Positions 16,562-24,000 of a DNA stretch of 24,000 nucleotides are shown here, piece by piece (within the stretch, counting starts at the first letter, position 1; the number at the start of each line of letters is the position of its first letter). Source of the stretch: Labrys neptuniae (GTDB taxonomy: Bacteria > Pseudomonadota > Alphaproteobacteria > Rhizobiales > Labraceae). The translations under genes and the position numbers were made by a program. Location: positions 288,325 to 312,324 of the forward strand of contig NZ_JBFNQD010000001.1 in NCBI RefSeq assembly GCF_040797145.1. Direction: 5' to 3'. Under the pieces are notes generated by a model. The model did not search any database. It saw only the letters and a program-made list of their open reading frames with translations, and was not told the DNA's origin.

Positions 16562-17134
16562 TCATGCCGGACTGTCCGGCAGCAGGTGCATTATGTCCTC
16601 GAAAATCTCCTGCCATTCGGCTTCGGTCATCTGCACGAATTGAAAGCTGTGCAGGAAGAAGATGCCTTCGGAGGCGAGAAAGGCGAGGCGCGCCTTGCGC
16701 CCCTCGGGAGAAGAGGGATCGATCTCCGTCAGATAGCGGCGGTACCAGGCGCGGGTATCGGCCAGTTGATCCGGGCTCTGGATCAGGGTTGCCAGCATGG
16801 CGGCCGAACGGGACGCATCCTTTTCGTCGGTATGGCGATTGGCCTCGACATAAGCCCGGACCATGGCGAAAGGCCCTGGCTGCTCGGCTGCGAGCTTGGC
16901 AACTTCGGTGTCGAAACCTGCGGCCCAGCGCTCCAGCATGGCCTTGAGAAGGCCATCCTTGGTGCCGAAGCAATATTGCACGCCGCCCTTGGTGATGCCC
17001 GCTTCCTTGGCGACCGCATCGATGGTCAGGCCGGCGGGGCCGATACGTGCCACCACGGCTTCCGCCGCATCGAGGACCTTGTTGCGGTCGATGCTGCGCG
17101 GACGGCCAAGGCCGCTTCTCTCTTTTGTTTCCAT
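16562..17134 (-). CDS. TetR/AcrR-family transcriptional regulator
   Basis: N-terminal TetR HTH (RPRSIDRNKVLDAAEAVVARIGPAGLTIDAVAKEAGITKGGVQYCFGTKDGLL). The ATG at 17134 (METKERSG...) is preferred over the track start 17170. Divergent from an MFS efflux gene. Confidence 0.9.
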   Translation of the reverse strand: METKERSGLGRPRSIDRNKVLDAAEAVVARIGPAGLTIDAVAKEAGITKGGVQYCFGTKDGLLKAMLERWAAGFDTEVAKLAAEQPGPFAMVRAYVEANRHTDEKDASRSAAMLATLIQSPDQLADTRAWYRRYLTEIDPSSPEGRKARLAFLASEGIFFLHSFQFVQMTEAEWQEIFEDIMHLLPDSPA

Positions 17135-17141
17135 ACGTATG
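17132..17141. promoter_or_regulatory. 10-bp perfect palindrome CATACGTATG overlapping the tetR start codon; possible operator half
   Basis: Seen directly in the tetR/MFS divergent region. It is short, so support is weak. Confidence 0.25.
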
Positions 17142-17216
17142 TATTTATATTGGCTAGGTGGAGTGGGCAAGCGGTCCGCTTTGCACGGATAGTTTCATAC
17201 AACGCTGAACTCGATC

Positions 17217-18722
17217 ATGGCATATCACAATCGCTGGCTGGTTCTCGCAATCGTTTCGAGCGCCCTGTTCCTCATCGTCGTCGACCTGACAGTGCTCTAC
17301 ACGGCACTGCCCCGCCTGACCCATGACCTGGCCGCGACCGCCTCCGAAAAGCTCTGGATCCTCAATGCCTATCCGCTCGTCGTTGCCGGCCTGTTGCCGG
17401 GCTGCGGGACACTCGGCGATCGCATCGGCTCCAAGCGCCTGTTCATGGCCGGCCTGATCGCCTTCGGGGCGGCCTCGCTGCTCGCGGCCTTCGCCCCCAG
17501 TTCGATGGTGCTGATCGCAGCCCGTGCTTTGCTGGCCGTCGGTGCCGCCATGATGATGCCCGCGACCCTCGCGATCATTCGCGTCACCTTCACCAGCGAG
17601 AAGGAGAGGGCCTTTGCCATCGGGGTCTGGGCAGCCGTGGCATCGAGCGGCGCGGCGTTTGGCCCGGTATTGGGCGGCTTTCTGCTCGAGTTCTTCTGGT
17701 GGGGCTCGGTCTTTTTGATCAATGTTCCGGTGGTGGTCGGGGCCTGGGTGGCGGCCGGCCTGGTCCTGGAAAACCGTCCGGGCCGTGCCACCCACCCTTG
17801 GGATCTTGTCGGCTCGCTCCAGATCATGGCCGGGCTGATCGCCACCGCCTATGCCATCAAGGAACTGGGCAAGCGTTCGCCGAGTTGGGAGGTTGCGCTT
17901 GTGGCGGGGCTCATTGGCGCCCTGGCATTCTTTCTTTTCGGGCGGCGGCAGAGCCGGAGCGAGATGCCGCTGATCGATTTCAGCCTGTTCCGCAATCCTG
18001 AATTCGCAGCGGGCGTCATCGTCGCCACCGTGTCATCGGCGGCCCTGATCGGCGTGGAACTGGTGTTCAGCCAGCATCTGCAGCTGGTGCGGAACATGTC
18101 GCCGCTGCAGGCGGGGCTGCTTCTGCTGCCCATTCCCCTGGCCTCGATCGTGGCGGGGCCGCTGGCGGGTCTCGCTTTGCCGCGGCTCGGGGCCCGCCAT
18201 GTGCTCTGGATGTCGCTGGCGCTGGCCGGCGGTGGTCTGGCTGCCTTCCTGCTGACTCATGACGGGACAGCGGCGCTCTGGCTCACGGCCCTGAGCGCCA
18301 TGGGATTTGGCGTCGGCGCGTCGATGTCGGCCGCTTCCAGTGCGATCATGGTCAATGCGCCGGAGGAGCGGGCCGGCATGGCCGCCTCGATCGAGGAGGT
18401 TTCCTACGAACTCGGCGGCGCGCTCGGGGTTGCCGTGATGGGCACCATCATGTCGGCGATCTATACGGCGATGCTGGTGTTGCCGCCGGATCTGCCGGTT
18501 GCCGGCACCGTTCGGGACAGCCTGGATGAAGCCCTGCTGGTAGCCGAAACGCTGCCGGCGCCGTCGGCCGAAATGCTGGCCCGGCTGGCACGCTCGGCTT
18601 TCGAGCAGGCCTTTCTGGGCGTGATCGCCGTCTGCTCGCTGCTCTTCCTGCTGACGGCACTCGTCGTCGGCCTGATGGGCCGCCGCCAGGACCGCCTGAG
18701 CGATCGTCAACCGATCGGTTGA
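17217..18722 (+). CDS. MFS drug/H+ antiporter, DHA2 (EmrB/QacA, 14-TMS) type
   Basis: 501 aa. N-terminal VDLTVLYTALPRL..., LGDRIGSKR (motif A) and about 14 hydrophobic spans. Paired with the divergent TetR regulator. Confidence 0.9.
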   Translation: MAYHNRWLVLAIVSSALFLIVVDLTVLYTALPRLTHDLAATASEKLWILNAYPLVVAGLLPGCGTLGDRIGSKRLFMAGLIAFGAASLLAAFAPSSMVLIAARALLAVGAAMMMPATLAIIRVTFTSEKERAFAIGVWAAVASSGAAFGPVLGGFLLEFFWWGSVFLINVPVVVGAWVAAGLVLENRPGRATHPWDLVGSLQIMAGLIATAYAIKELGKRSPSWEVALVAGLIGALAFFLFGRRQSRSEMPLIDFSLFRNPEFAAGVIVATVSSAALIGVELVFSQHLQLVRNMSPLQAGLLLLPIPLASIVAGPLAGLALPRLGARHVLWMSLALAGGGLAAFLLTHDGTAALWLTALSAMGFGVGASMSAASSAIMVNAPEERAGMAASIEEVSYELGGALGVAVMGTIMSAIYTAMLVLPPDLPVAGTVRDSLDEALLVAETLPAPSAEMLARLARSAFEQAFLGVIAVCSLLFLLTALVVGLMGRRQDRLSDRQPIG

Positions 18723-18728
18723 CGATCG
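18701..18728. terminator. Perfect 28-nt palindrome at the convergent MFS/cydX junction; possible bidirectional hairpin terminator (no U-tract)
   Basis: CGATCGTCAACCGATCGGTTGACGATCG equals its own reverse complement (12-bp stem, 4-nt loop). It spans the MFS stop codon (18720-18722) and ends 15 nt before the cydX stop. Confidence 0.35.
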
Positions 18729-18742
18729 CAGGAGAACCGCTG

Positions 18743-18886
18743 TCAGTTACCGGCCGTCGACCGGTCCGGCTTGCCCGCCACCTTGGTGACAGGCACTTTC
18801 TGCTCGCGCAGTTCGAACCACATCGCGTTGAGAATGGCGAAGGAGCAGGCGAGGCCGAGCCCGAGGATCCAGGAAAAATACCACAT
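18743..18886 (-). CDS. cydX: Cytochrome bd oxidase small subunit CydX (47 aa; too short to appear in the ORF track)
   Basis: My translation is MWYFSWILGLGLACSFAILNAMWFELREQKVPVTKVAGKPDRSTAGN. The N-terminus matches the CydX signature MWYFxWILGxxLACSF. The ATG is 13 nt after the cydB stop, with a GGAGA RBS. Confidence 0.82.
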   Translation of the reverse strand: MWYFSWILGLGLACSFAILNAMWFELREQKVPVTKVAGKPDRSTAGN

Positions 18887-18898
18887 GTACCGATCTCC

Positions 18899-20047
18899 TC
18901 AGTAGGCGTTGGGATTGCGGCCGATCGAGTCGGCGGTGACGGGACCGCGCATCACGCGGAAGACCCAGGTGGTGTAGGCCAGGATCAGCGGCAGGAAGAC
19001 CGCCGTCGCCAGCAGCATGACGAACAGCGTCATGTGGCTGGAGGACGCATCCCAGACGGTGAGGCTGACCTGAGGATCGAGCGAACTCGGCAGGAGGAAG
19101 GGGAACAGCGCCAGGCCGGCGGTGGCGATGATGCCGATGATGGCGAGGCTGCTGCCGAAGATCGCAAGCTTGCCCATGCGGGCCGACAGGCCGGCGAAGG
19201 CCACCAGCGGCCCAAACAGGCCGAGGGTCGGCGCCGTCCACATCCAGCCATGGCTGTGGAAGTTGGCGAGCCAGCGGCCCGTTTCGAGTGCGACCGTCTT
19301 GCCCAGCGGATTGGAGGGGCCGAACGGGTCCTGCTGGCTGGTGACGACATAGCCGTCGATGCCATAGGCGATCCAGACCCCGGCCAAGGCAAACAGCACC
19401 AGGGTTGCCAGGGCGGCAAGGCGGCCATAGGAGCGCGCCCGCTCCGTCATCGGCCCCCGGGTACGGGCCGAAATCACGGTTGCGCCATGGGTGACCAGCA
19501 TGGCGAGGCTGACGAGCCCGGCCAGCAAGGCAAAGGGGCGCAGCAGGCCGAAGAAGTTGCCGCTATAGGACGGACGCAGCGTGGCATCGAGGCCGAACGG
19601 CACGCCCAGCAGCACATTGCCGACAGCGACACCGAAGATCAGGGCCGGCACGAAGCCGCCGAGGAACAGAGCTCCGTCCCACAGATTGCGCCAGCGTTGA
19701 TCCTGGAGCTTGCCGCGGAACTTGAAGCCGACGGGACGCAGGATCAAGGCGAGCAGCACGGCGATCATCGCCAGGTAGAAGCCGGAAAAGGACGTCGCAT
19801 AGAGCGCCGGCCAGGCAGCGAAGATCGCGCCGCCGCCGAGGATCAGCCAGACCTGGTTGCCTTCCCAGGTCGGCCCCATCAGATTGATGAGGATGCGGCG
19901 TTCCTCGTCGGTGCGGGCGGCAAAGGGCAGCAGTGCCCCAATGCCGAGATCGTAACCATCCATGATGGCAAAGCCGATCAGGAGCACGCCGAGCAGGGCC
20001 CACCAGATCAGGCGCAGGGTTTCATAATCGAGAGGGATCGTGGTCAT
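18899..20047 (-). CDS. cydB: Cytochrome bd ubiquinol oxidase subunit II
   Basis: 382 aa, polytopic. N-terminus [25 protein letters not shown] is typical of CydB. Immediately downstream of cydA. Confidence 0.95.
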   Translation of the reverse strand: MTTIPLDYETLRLIWWALLGVLLIGFAIMDGYDLGIGALLPFAARTDEERRILINLMGPTWEGNQVWLILGGGAIFAAWPALYATSFSGFYLAMIAVLLALILRPVGFKFRGKLQDQRWRNLWDGALFLGGFVPALIFGVAVGNVLLGVPFGLDATLRPSYSGNFFGLLRPFALLAGLVSLAMLVTHGATVISARTRGPMTERARSYGRLAALATLVLFALAGVWIAYGIDGYVVTSQQDPFGPSNPLGKTVALETGRWLANFHSHGWMWTAPTLGLFGPLVAFAGLSARMGKLAIFGSSLAIIGIIATAGLALFPFLLPSSLDPQVSLTVWDASSSHMTLFVMLLATAVFLPLILAYTTWVFRVMRGPVTADSIGRNPNAY

Positions 20048-20068
20048 GAGTGCGTATCCTGATCTGGC

Positions 20069-21652
20069 TCAGCGCGGCGTGCGGGCGAGGGCCGGCTCGG
20101 GCAGGGTGCCCGCGCCGGCCGGTGCATCGTCCAGCACGCTGTGCTCAGACGGTCCCTTGCGGATGGTCTTCACCATCAGGAAGATCATGACGATGAGGAG
20201 ACTCGTATAGAGCGCCAGGAAGAAGCCCAGGCTGATGACGAGATCGGTGAGGGTGAGGCCGGAAGCGGCATAGAAGGTCGGCAGCACGCCCTCGATCGCC
20301 CAGGGTTGCCGGCCATATTCGGCGACCAGCCAGCCGGCCTCGATCGCCACCCATGGCAAAGGCAGGCTCCACAAGGCCACGCGCAGGAAGGCGCGGTTCT
20401 CGCCGAGACGATGGCGGCAGCTCATCAGGAAGGCGAGACCGAAGAAGGCGATGAAATAAAAGCCCAGGGCCACCATGACGCGGAAGCTCCAGAACAATGG
20501 CGCCACGCCGGGTACCGTATCCAGCGCCGCGCGCTGAATCTCTTCCGGCGTGGCGTTCTGGATATCGGCGCGGTAGCGCTTGAGCAGCAGCGCATAACCC
20601 AGATCCGGCCATTGCTTGGCGAAGGCCTCGCGGGCGGCCTTGTCGTTCGGATCCTTGCGAATGGCGTCGAGACTGGCCGAGGCCTGGATGCCGTTGCGAA
20701 TACGGACCTCCGCATGCTCGACCAGCGTCCGGATACCCGGCAATTCCTTGTTCAGACTGCGGGTGGTGATCAAGCCCAGCACCCAGGGAACCTTGACCTC
20801 GTAGCGATTGCCATCCTTGCCGGGCAGGGCAAAGAGGGTGAGGCCGGCCGGCGCAGGCTCGGTCTCCCACATCGCCTCGATGGCGGCGATCTTCATCTTC
20901 TGGTGCTCGGTGGCGACATAGCCGCTCTCGTCACCCAGGACGACAACGGACAGGGCCGAGGCAAGGCCGAAGCTCGCCGCCACCACCATGGAGCGGCGGG
21001 CAAGCTCGCGGTGGCGCCCGCGCAGCAGGAAGAAGGCGCTGACCGCCATCACGAACATCGATCCGGCAACATAGCCGGCGCTGACCGTGTGCACGAACTT
21101 GGCCTGGGCGACCGGATTGAAGATGACCGCGATGAAATCGGTGATCTCCATGCGCATCGTATCGGGATTGAAGACCGAGCCGACCGGATTCTGCATCCAG
21201 CCATTGGCGATCAGGATCCACAGGGCCGAGAAATTAGCGCCCAGTGCCACCAGCCAGGTGACGGCAAGATGCGCCACTTTCGACAGGCGGTCCCAGCCGA
21301 AGAAGAACAGGCCGATGAAGGTGGCTTCCATGAAGAAAGCCATCAGGCCTTCGATGGCGAGCGGCGCGCCGAAGACGTCGCCGACATAGTGGCTGTAGTA
21401 GCTCCAGTTCATGCCGAACTGGAATTCCATCACGATGCCGGTGGCGACGCCCATCGCGAAATTGATGCCGAACAGCGTGCCCCAGAACAAAGTCATGCGG
21501 CGCCACACCGGATTGCCGCTCATCACATAGACGCTCTCCATGATGGCGACCAGGATGGAGAGCCCCAGCGTCAAGGGCACGAAGATGAAGTGATACATGG
21601 CTGTCGCTGCAAATTGCAGTCGTGACAGATCGACAATGGTGAAATCAATCAT
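20069..21652 (-). CDS. cydA: Cytochrome bd ubiquinol oxidase subunit I
   Basis: DLSRLQFAATAMYHFIFVPLTLG aligns with the CydA N-terminus, and the Q-loop region is present. The ATG at 21652 (MIDFTIVDLSRLQF) is preferred. The track start is a TTG at 21661. Confidence 0.95.
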   Translation of the reverse strand: MIDFTIVDLSRLQFAATAMYHFIFVPLTLGLSILVAIMESVYVMSGNPVWRRMTLFWGTLFGINFAMGVATGIVMEFQFGMNWSYYSHYVGDVFGAPLAIEGLMAFFMEATFIGLFFFGWDRLSKVAHLAVTWLVALGANFSALWILIANGWMQNPVGSVFNPDTMRMEITDFIAVIFNPVAQAKFVHTVSAGYVAGSMFVMAVSAFFLLRGRHRELARRSMVVAASFGLASALSVVVLGDESGYVATEHQKMKIAAIEAMWETEPAPAGLTLFALPGKDGNRYEVKVPWVLGLITTRSLNKELPGIRTLVEHAEVRIRNGIQASASLDAIRKDPNDKAAREAFAKQWPDLGYALLLKRYRADIQNATPEEIQRAALDTVPGVAPLFWSFRVMVALGFYFIAFFGLAFLMSCRHRLGENRAFLRVALWSLPLPWVAIEAGWLVAEYGRQPWAIEGVLPTFYAASGLTLTDLVISLGFFLALYTSLLIVMIFLMVKTIRKGPSEHSVLDDAPAGAGTLPEPALARTPR

Positions 21653-21726
21653 AGACGCCAAACCCGGTCCAATACTGGCGTTGCGCCAGTTTCAAGTTTC
21701 CCTAAACGGGCAACCCGAGTCGGGCA

Positions 21727-21740
21727 TTGATTGAAATCAA
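21727..21740. promoter_or_regulatory. FNR/FixK/Anr-type box TTGAT-N4-ATCAA in the cydA/cydD divergent region
   Basis: TTGATTGAAATCAA at 21727-21740 is a perfect match to the consensus. It is embedded in a longer palindrome GCATTGAT-N4-ATCAATGC (21724-21743). The centre is about 81 bp upstream of the cydA ATG. Confidence 0.6.
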
Positions 21741-21919
21741 TGCCCCAAGCAGCCCGCGGCGGCTAAAGATGGTGGGATTGTGCTTCGATTGATTTTGCTT
21801 TTTCAAGATAAAATCTAAAGTGCGCAACACTTTGTGCTGCAAGAAAAGCAATGGCTATACTGGCATCATCGGTGAACCATCGCAGCCAATGTTACTTCGG
21901 AATGTAAGATGAGGCTCGT

Positions 21920-23695
21920 GTGAAGCAGGCAGGCGAGACATCCGGTCCCCGGATCGCAGCAGGATCGAGCAGGGAAGATCGTTCCGCCCTTGCCACTCTC
22001 GCCGGTCATGCGCGGCGAGAACTGGCGATCGCCACCATCCTGCCGCTGGTCTCCGGGGCTCTCCTCGTCGCCCAGGCCTATCTGTTGGCTTCGGTGCTGC
22101 ATCGGGCCGTGGTGGGAGGAGAGAGCATTGCGGCGCTCGGTAGTCCGATCCTCTTGGTCGCTGCTTTGATCGCCTCGAGGCTCGGACTGGGAGCCCTGGG
22201 CGAGCAGGCAGGCATCGTCGCGGCCGAGCGCATCAAATTCGATCTGCGCAGCCGGCTTGCCGCGAAATTGTCGGCCGGTTCGCTCGAGTGGTCGGCATGC
22301 CGTTCTTCCGGCGCCTTGAGCGCTGCGGTCGTCGACCAGGTCGAGGCCCTCGACGGCTTCTTTGCCCGTTTCCTGCCGGCGAGCATGCAGGCGGCCGTGT
22401 TGCCGCTGGCCTTCGCCGCTGCGGTGCTGCCGGTCGACTGGGTGGTCGGGCTGCTGTTTTTGCTGACGGCGCCGCTCATTCCTTTGTTCATGGCGCTGGT
22501 CGGCTGGGGCGCCGAAGCCGCGACCAGGGCGCAAGCCGATGCACTCGCGCGGTTGTCGGGGCATTTCGCCGATCGCCTGCGCGGCATGACCACGCTGAAA
22601 CTCTTTGGCCGGGCCGAGTTCGAGACCAGAGACGTCGAACGGGCGAGCGAGGATCTGCGCTGCCGGACCCTGCGCGTGCTGCGCATCGCCTTCCTGTCCT
22701 CTGCCGTGCTGGAATTCTTCGCCGCCCTCGGTGTTGCCGGCGTGGCGCTCTATGTCGGCCTGACCTATCTCGGGCTCGTGGACCTGCGCGGCTCTGCCCT
22801 GACCTTGCAGGGGGGGCTGTTCTGCCTGCTGATGGCCCCGGAGGTCTATCAGCCGCTGCGCCTGCTTGCCGCCCATTATCACGACAGGGCTTCGGCCAAG
22901 GCGGCGATTGCCGAGATCGAGGCACGTTTCGCCGGCCTGCCGGAAGCCGCTGCCGCAGGAGGCTTCGTCCAGCTTCCAGCTTCGTCCGGCGGATTGCCGC
23001 TCCATGTCGAGCACCTGACCATCCGGGTGCCGGACAGTGAACGCGTCCTGCTCGACGGCGTCTCGCTGAAAATCGGAGCGGGCCGACACCTGGCGCTTTT
23101 CGGTGAAAGCGGCATCGGCAAGTCGAGCCTGCTGGAAACGCTGGCCCGGTTGAGACCGGGTGCCGGCATTCGCATCGCAGGGCTCGACCTCGCTGCGATC
23201 GACGAGGCCAGCCTGCGGGCGGGCGTCGCCTTCATCAGCCAGCGCTCGCGCCTGTTCCATGGTTCGATCGCCGACAATATCAGGCTGGGCAAGCCTTCCG
23301 CCTCGGCCGCGGAAATCGCGCAGGCGGCGGAACAGGCATGCGTCCTGGATTTTGCCTTGAAACTGCCAGAGGGGCTCGATACCCCGATCGGAGAGGGAGG
23401 CGTCGGCCTGTCGGGCGGGGAGGGCCATCGGGTCGCCCTGGCACGCCTGTTCCTGCGTGACCCCGGCCTGATTCTCCTGGACGAGCCGACAGCGCATCTG
23501 GATGCCGCCACGCAGGCCCGCGTTCTGGATGCCCTGATCGGTTTTGCCGCTGGCCGTACCATGATCATCGCGACCCATTCGCCCGCCGTGGCCGCTCGGC
23601 TGGACGAAGCCTGGCGGCTGGCCGGCGGTAAGCTGCTGCCGATGCCGCATCCTCATGTCGACAGGCAGCAGAAACAGCCGAGGTGGACCGCATGA
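21920..23695 (+). CDS. cydD: Cysteine/glutathione ABC exporter subunit CydD (fused TMD-NBD)
   Basis: 591 aa. N-terminal six-helix TMD, then an NBD with Walker A GESGIGKSS, signature LSGGEGHRVALARL and Walker B ILLDEPTAHLD. GTG start with GAGG 5 nt upstream. Followed by cydC and divergent from cydABX. Confidence 0.9.
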   Translation: MKQAGETSGPRIAAGSSREDRSALATLAGHARRELAIATILPLVSGALLVAQAYLLASVLHRAVVGGESIAALGSPILLVAALIASRLGLGALGEQAGIVAAERIKFDLRSRLAAKLSAGSLEWSACRSSGALSAAVVDQVEALDGFFARFLPASMQAAVLPLAFAAAVLPVDWVVGLLFLLTAPLIPLFMALVGWGAEAATRAQADALARLSGHFADRLRGMTTLKLFGRAEFETRDVERASEDLRCRTLRVLRIAFLSSAVLEFFAALGVAGVALYVGLTYLGLVDLRGSALTLQGGLFCLLMAPEVYQPLRLLAAHYHDRASAKAAIAEIEARFAGLPEAAAAGGFVQLPASSGGLPLHVEHLTIRVPDSERVLLDGVSLKIGAGRHLALFGESGIGKSSLLETLARLRPGAGIRIAGLDLAAIDEASLRAGVAFISQRSRLFHGSIADNIRLGKPSASAAEIAQAAEQACVLDFALKLPEGLDTPIGEGGVGLSGGEGHRVALARLFLRDPGLILLDEPTAHLDAATQARVLDALIGFAAGRTMIIATHSPAVAARLDEAWRLAGGKLLPMPHPHVDRQQKQPRWTA

Positions 23696-24000
23696 CCGCC
23701 TTGCTGTCCTTCTGGCCGCTGTTCCGCCAGCATATCGGCCGCATGGGTCTGGCGCTGTTGTTGGCCGTGCTGACCCTGGCCGCCGGCGTCGCACTGCTCT
23801 GGGTCTCGGGCTGGTTCCTGACGGCAGCGGCTCTCACCACAGCAGCGGCGAGTTTCAACCTGTTCGGACCGTCCTCGCTGATCCGGGGGCTGTCCCTGGT
23901 GCGGATCCTTTCGCGCTATGGCGAAAGGCTGGTCGGGCACGACGTCACCTTGCGTCTCCTCTCGGCCCTCAGGGGCTGGCTGTTCGCCCGCCTGTTTCCC
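23692..24000 (+). CDS. cydC: Cysteine/glutathione ABC exporter subunit CydC, 5' part (runs off the right edge; not in the ORF track)
   Basis: The ATG at 23692 overlaps the cydD stop (ATGA). The frame is open to 24000 and reads MTALLSFWPLFRQHIGRMGLALLLAVLTLAAGVALLWVSGWFLTAAAL...RYGERLVGHDVTLRLL, which resembles the CydC N-terminus (SGWFL..., RYxERLVSHDAT in E. coli). Confidence 0.85.
   Translation, partial: MTALLSFWPLFRQHIGRMGLALLLAVLTLAAGVALLWVSGWFLTAAALTTAAASFNLFGPSSLIRGLSLVRILSRYGERLVGHDVTLRLLSALRGWLFARLFP

Overview
GC-rich chromosomal segment that looks alphaproteobacterial (Rhizobiales/Hyphomicrobiales-like; the BioR/BioZ-type biotin locus supports this). I count 25 protein-coding genes, two of them truncated by the window edges. 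I saw no rRNA, tRNA, CRISPR array, IS element or prophage. Left to right: (1) the 5' end of an unidentified minus-strand gene; (2) a four-gene carbohydrate-type ABC importer operon (binding protein, two permeases, MalK/UgpC-like ATPase); (3) riboflavin synthase; (4) a minus-strand biotin operon bioB-bioF-bioD-bioA-bioZ with a divergent GntR-type regulator (probable BioR) and BioR boxes between them; (5) a MerR-family HTH fused to a compact, apparently degenerate ABC-type nucleotide-binding domain; (6) a divergent HxlR regulator / MFS transporter pair; (7) a minus-strand sodB - flavin reductase - small TPR protein cluster; (8) a divergent TetR / DHA2-type MFS efflux pair; (9) the cytochrome bd locus cydA-cydB-cydX (minus), divergent from cydD-cydC (plus), with a perfect FNR/FixK box in the shared control region. 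Most of this is ordinary housekeeping or accessory metabolism, and I do not see a clear novel multi-gene system. The most interesting unexplained signals are two. First, a family of ~87-bp double-hairpin intergenic repeats (3 copies) has a conserved outer clamp and hairpin stems that differ between copies only by fully compensated changes. Second, the MerR-ABC-NBD fusion protein sits behind a MerR-style 19-bp-spacer promoter. Two genes missing from the ORF track were recovered by eye (cydX, 47 codons; the 5' part of cydC), and several ORF-track starts were corrected (bioD, bioF, bioB, ribE, permease 1, hxlR, MFS, tetR, cydA).
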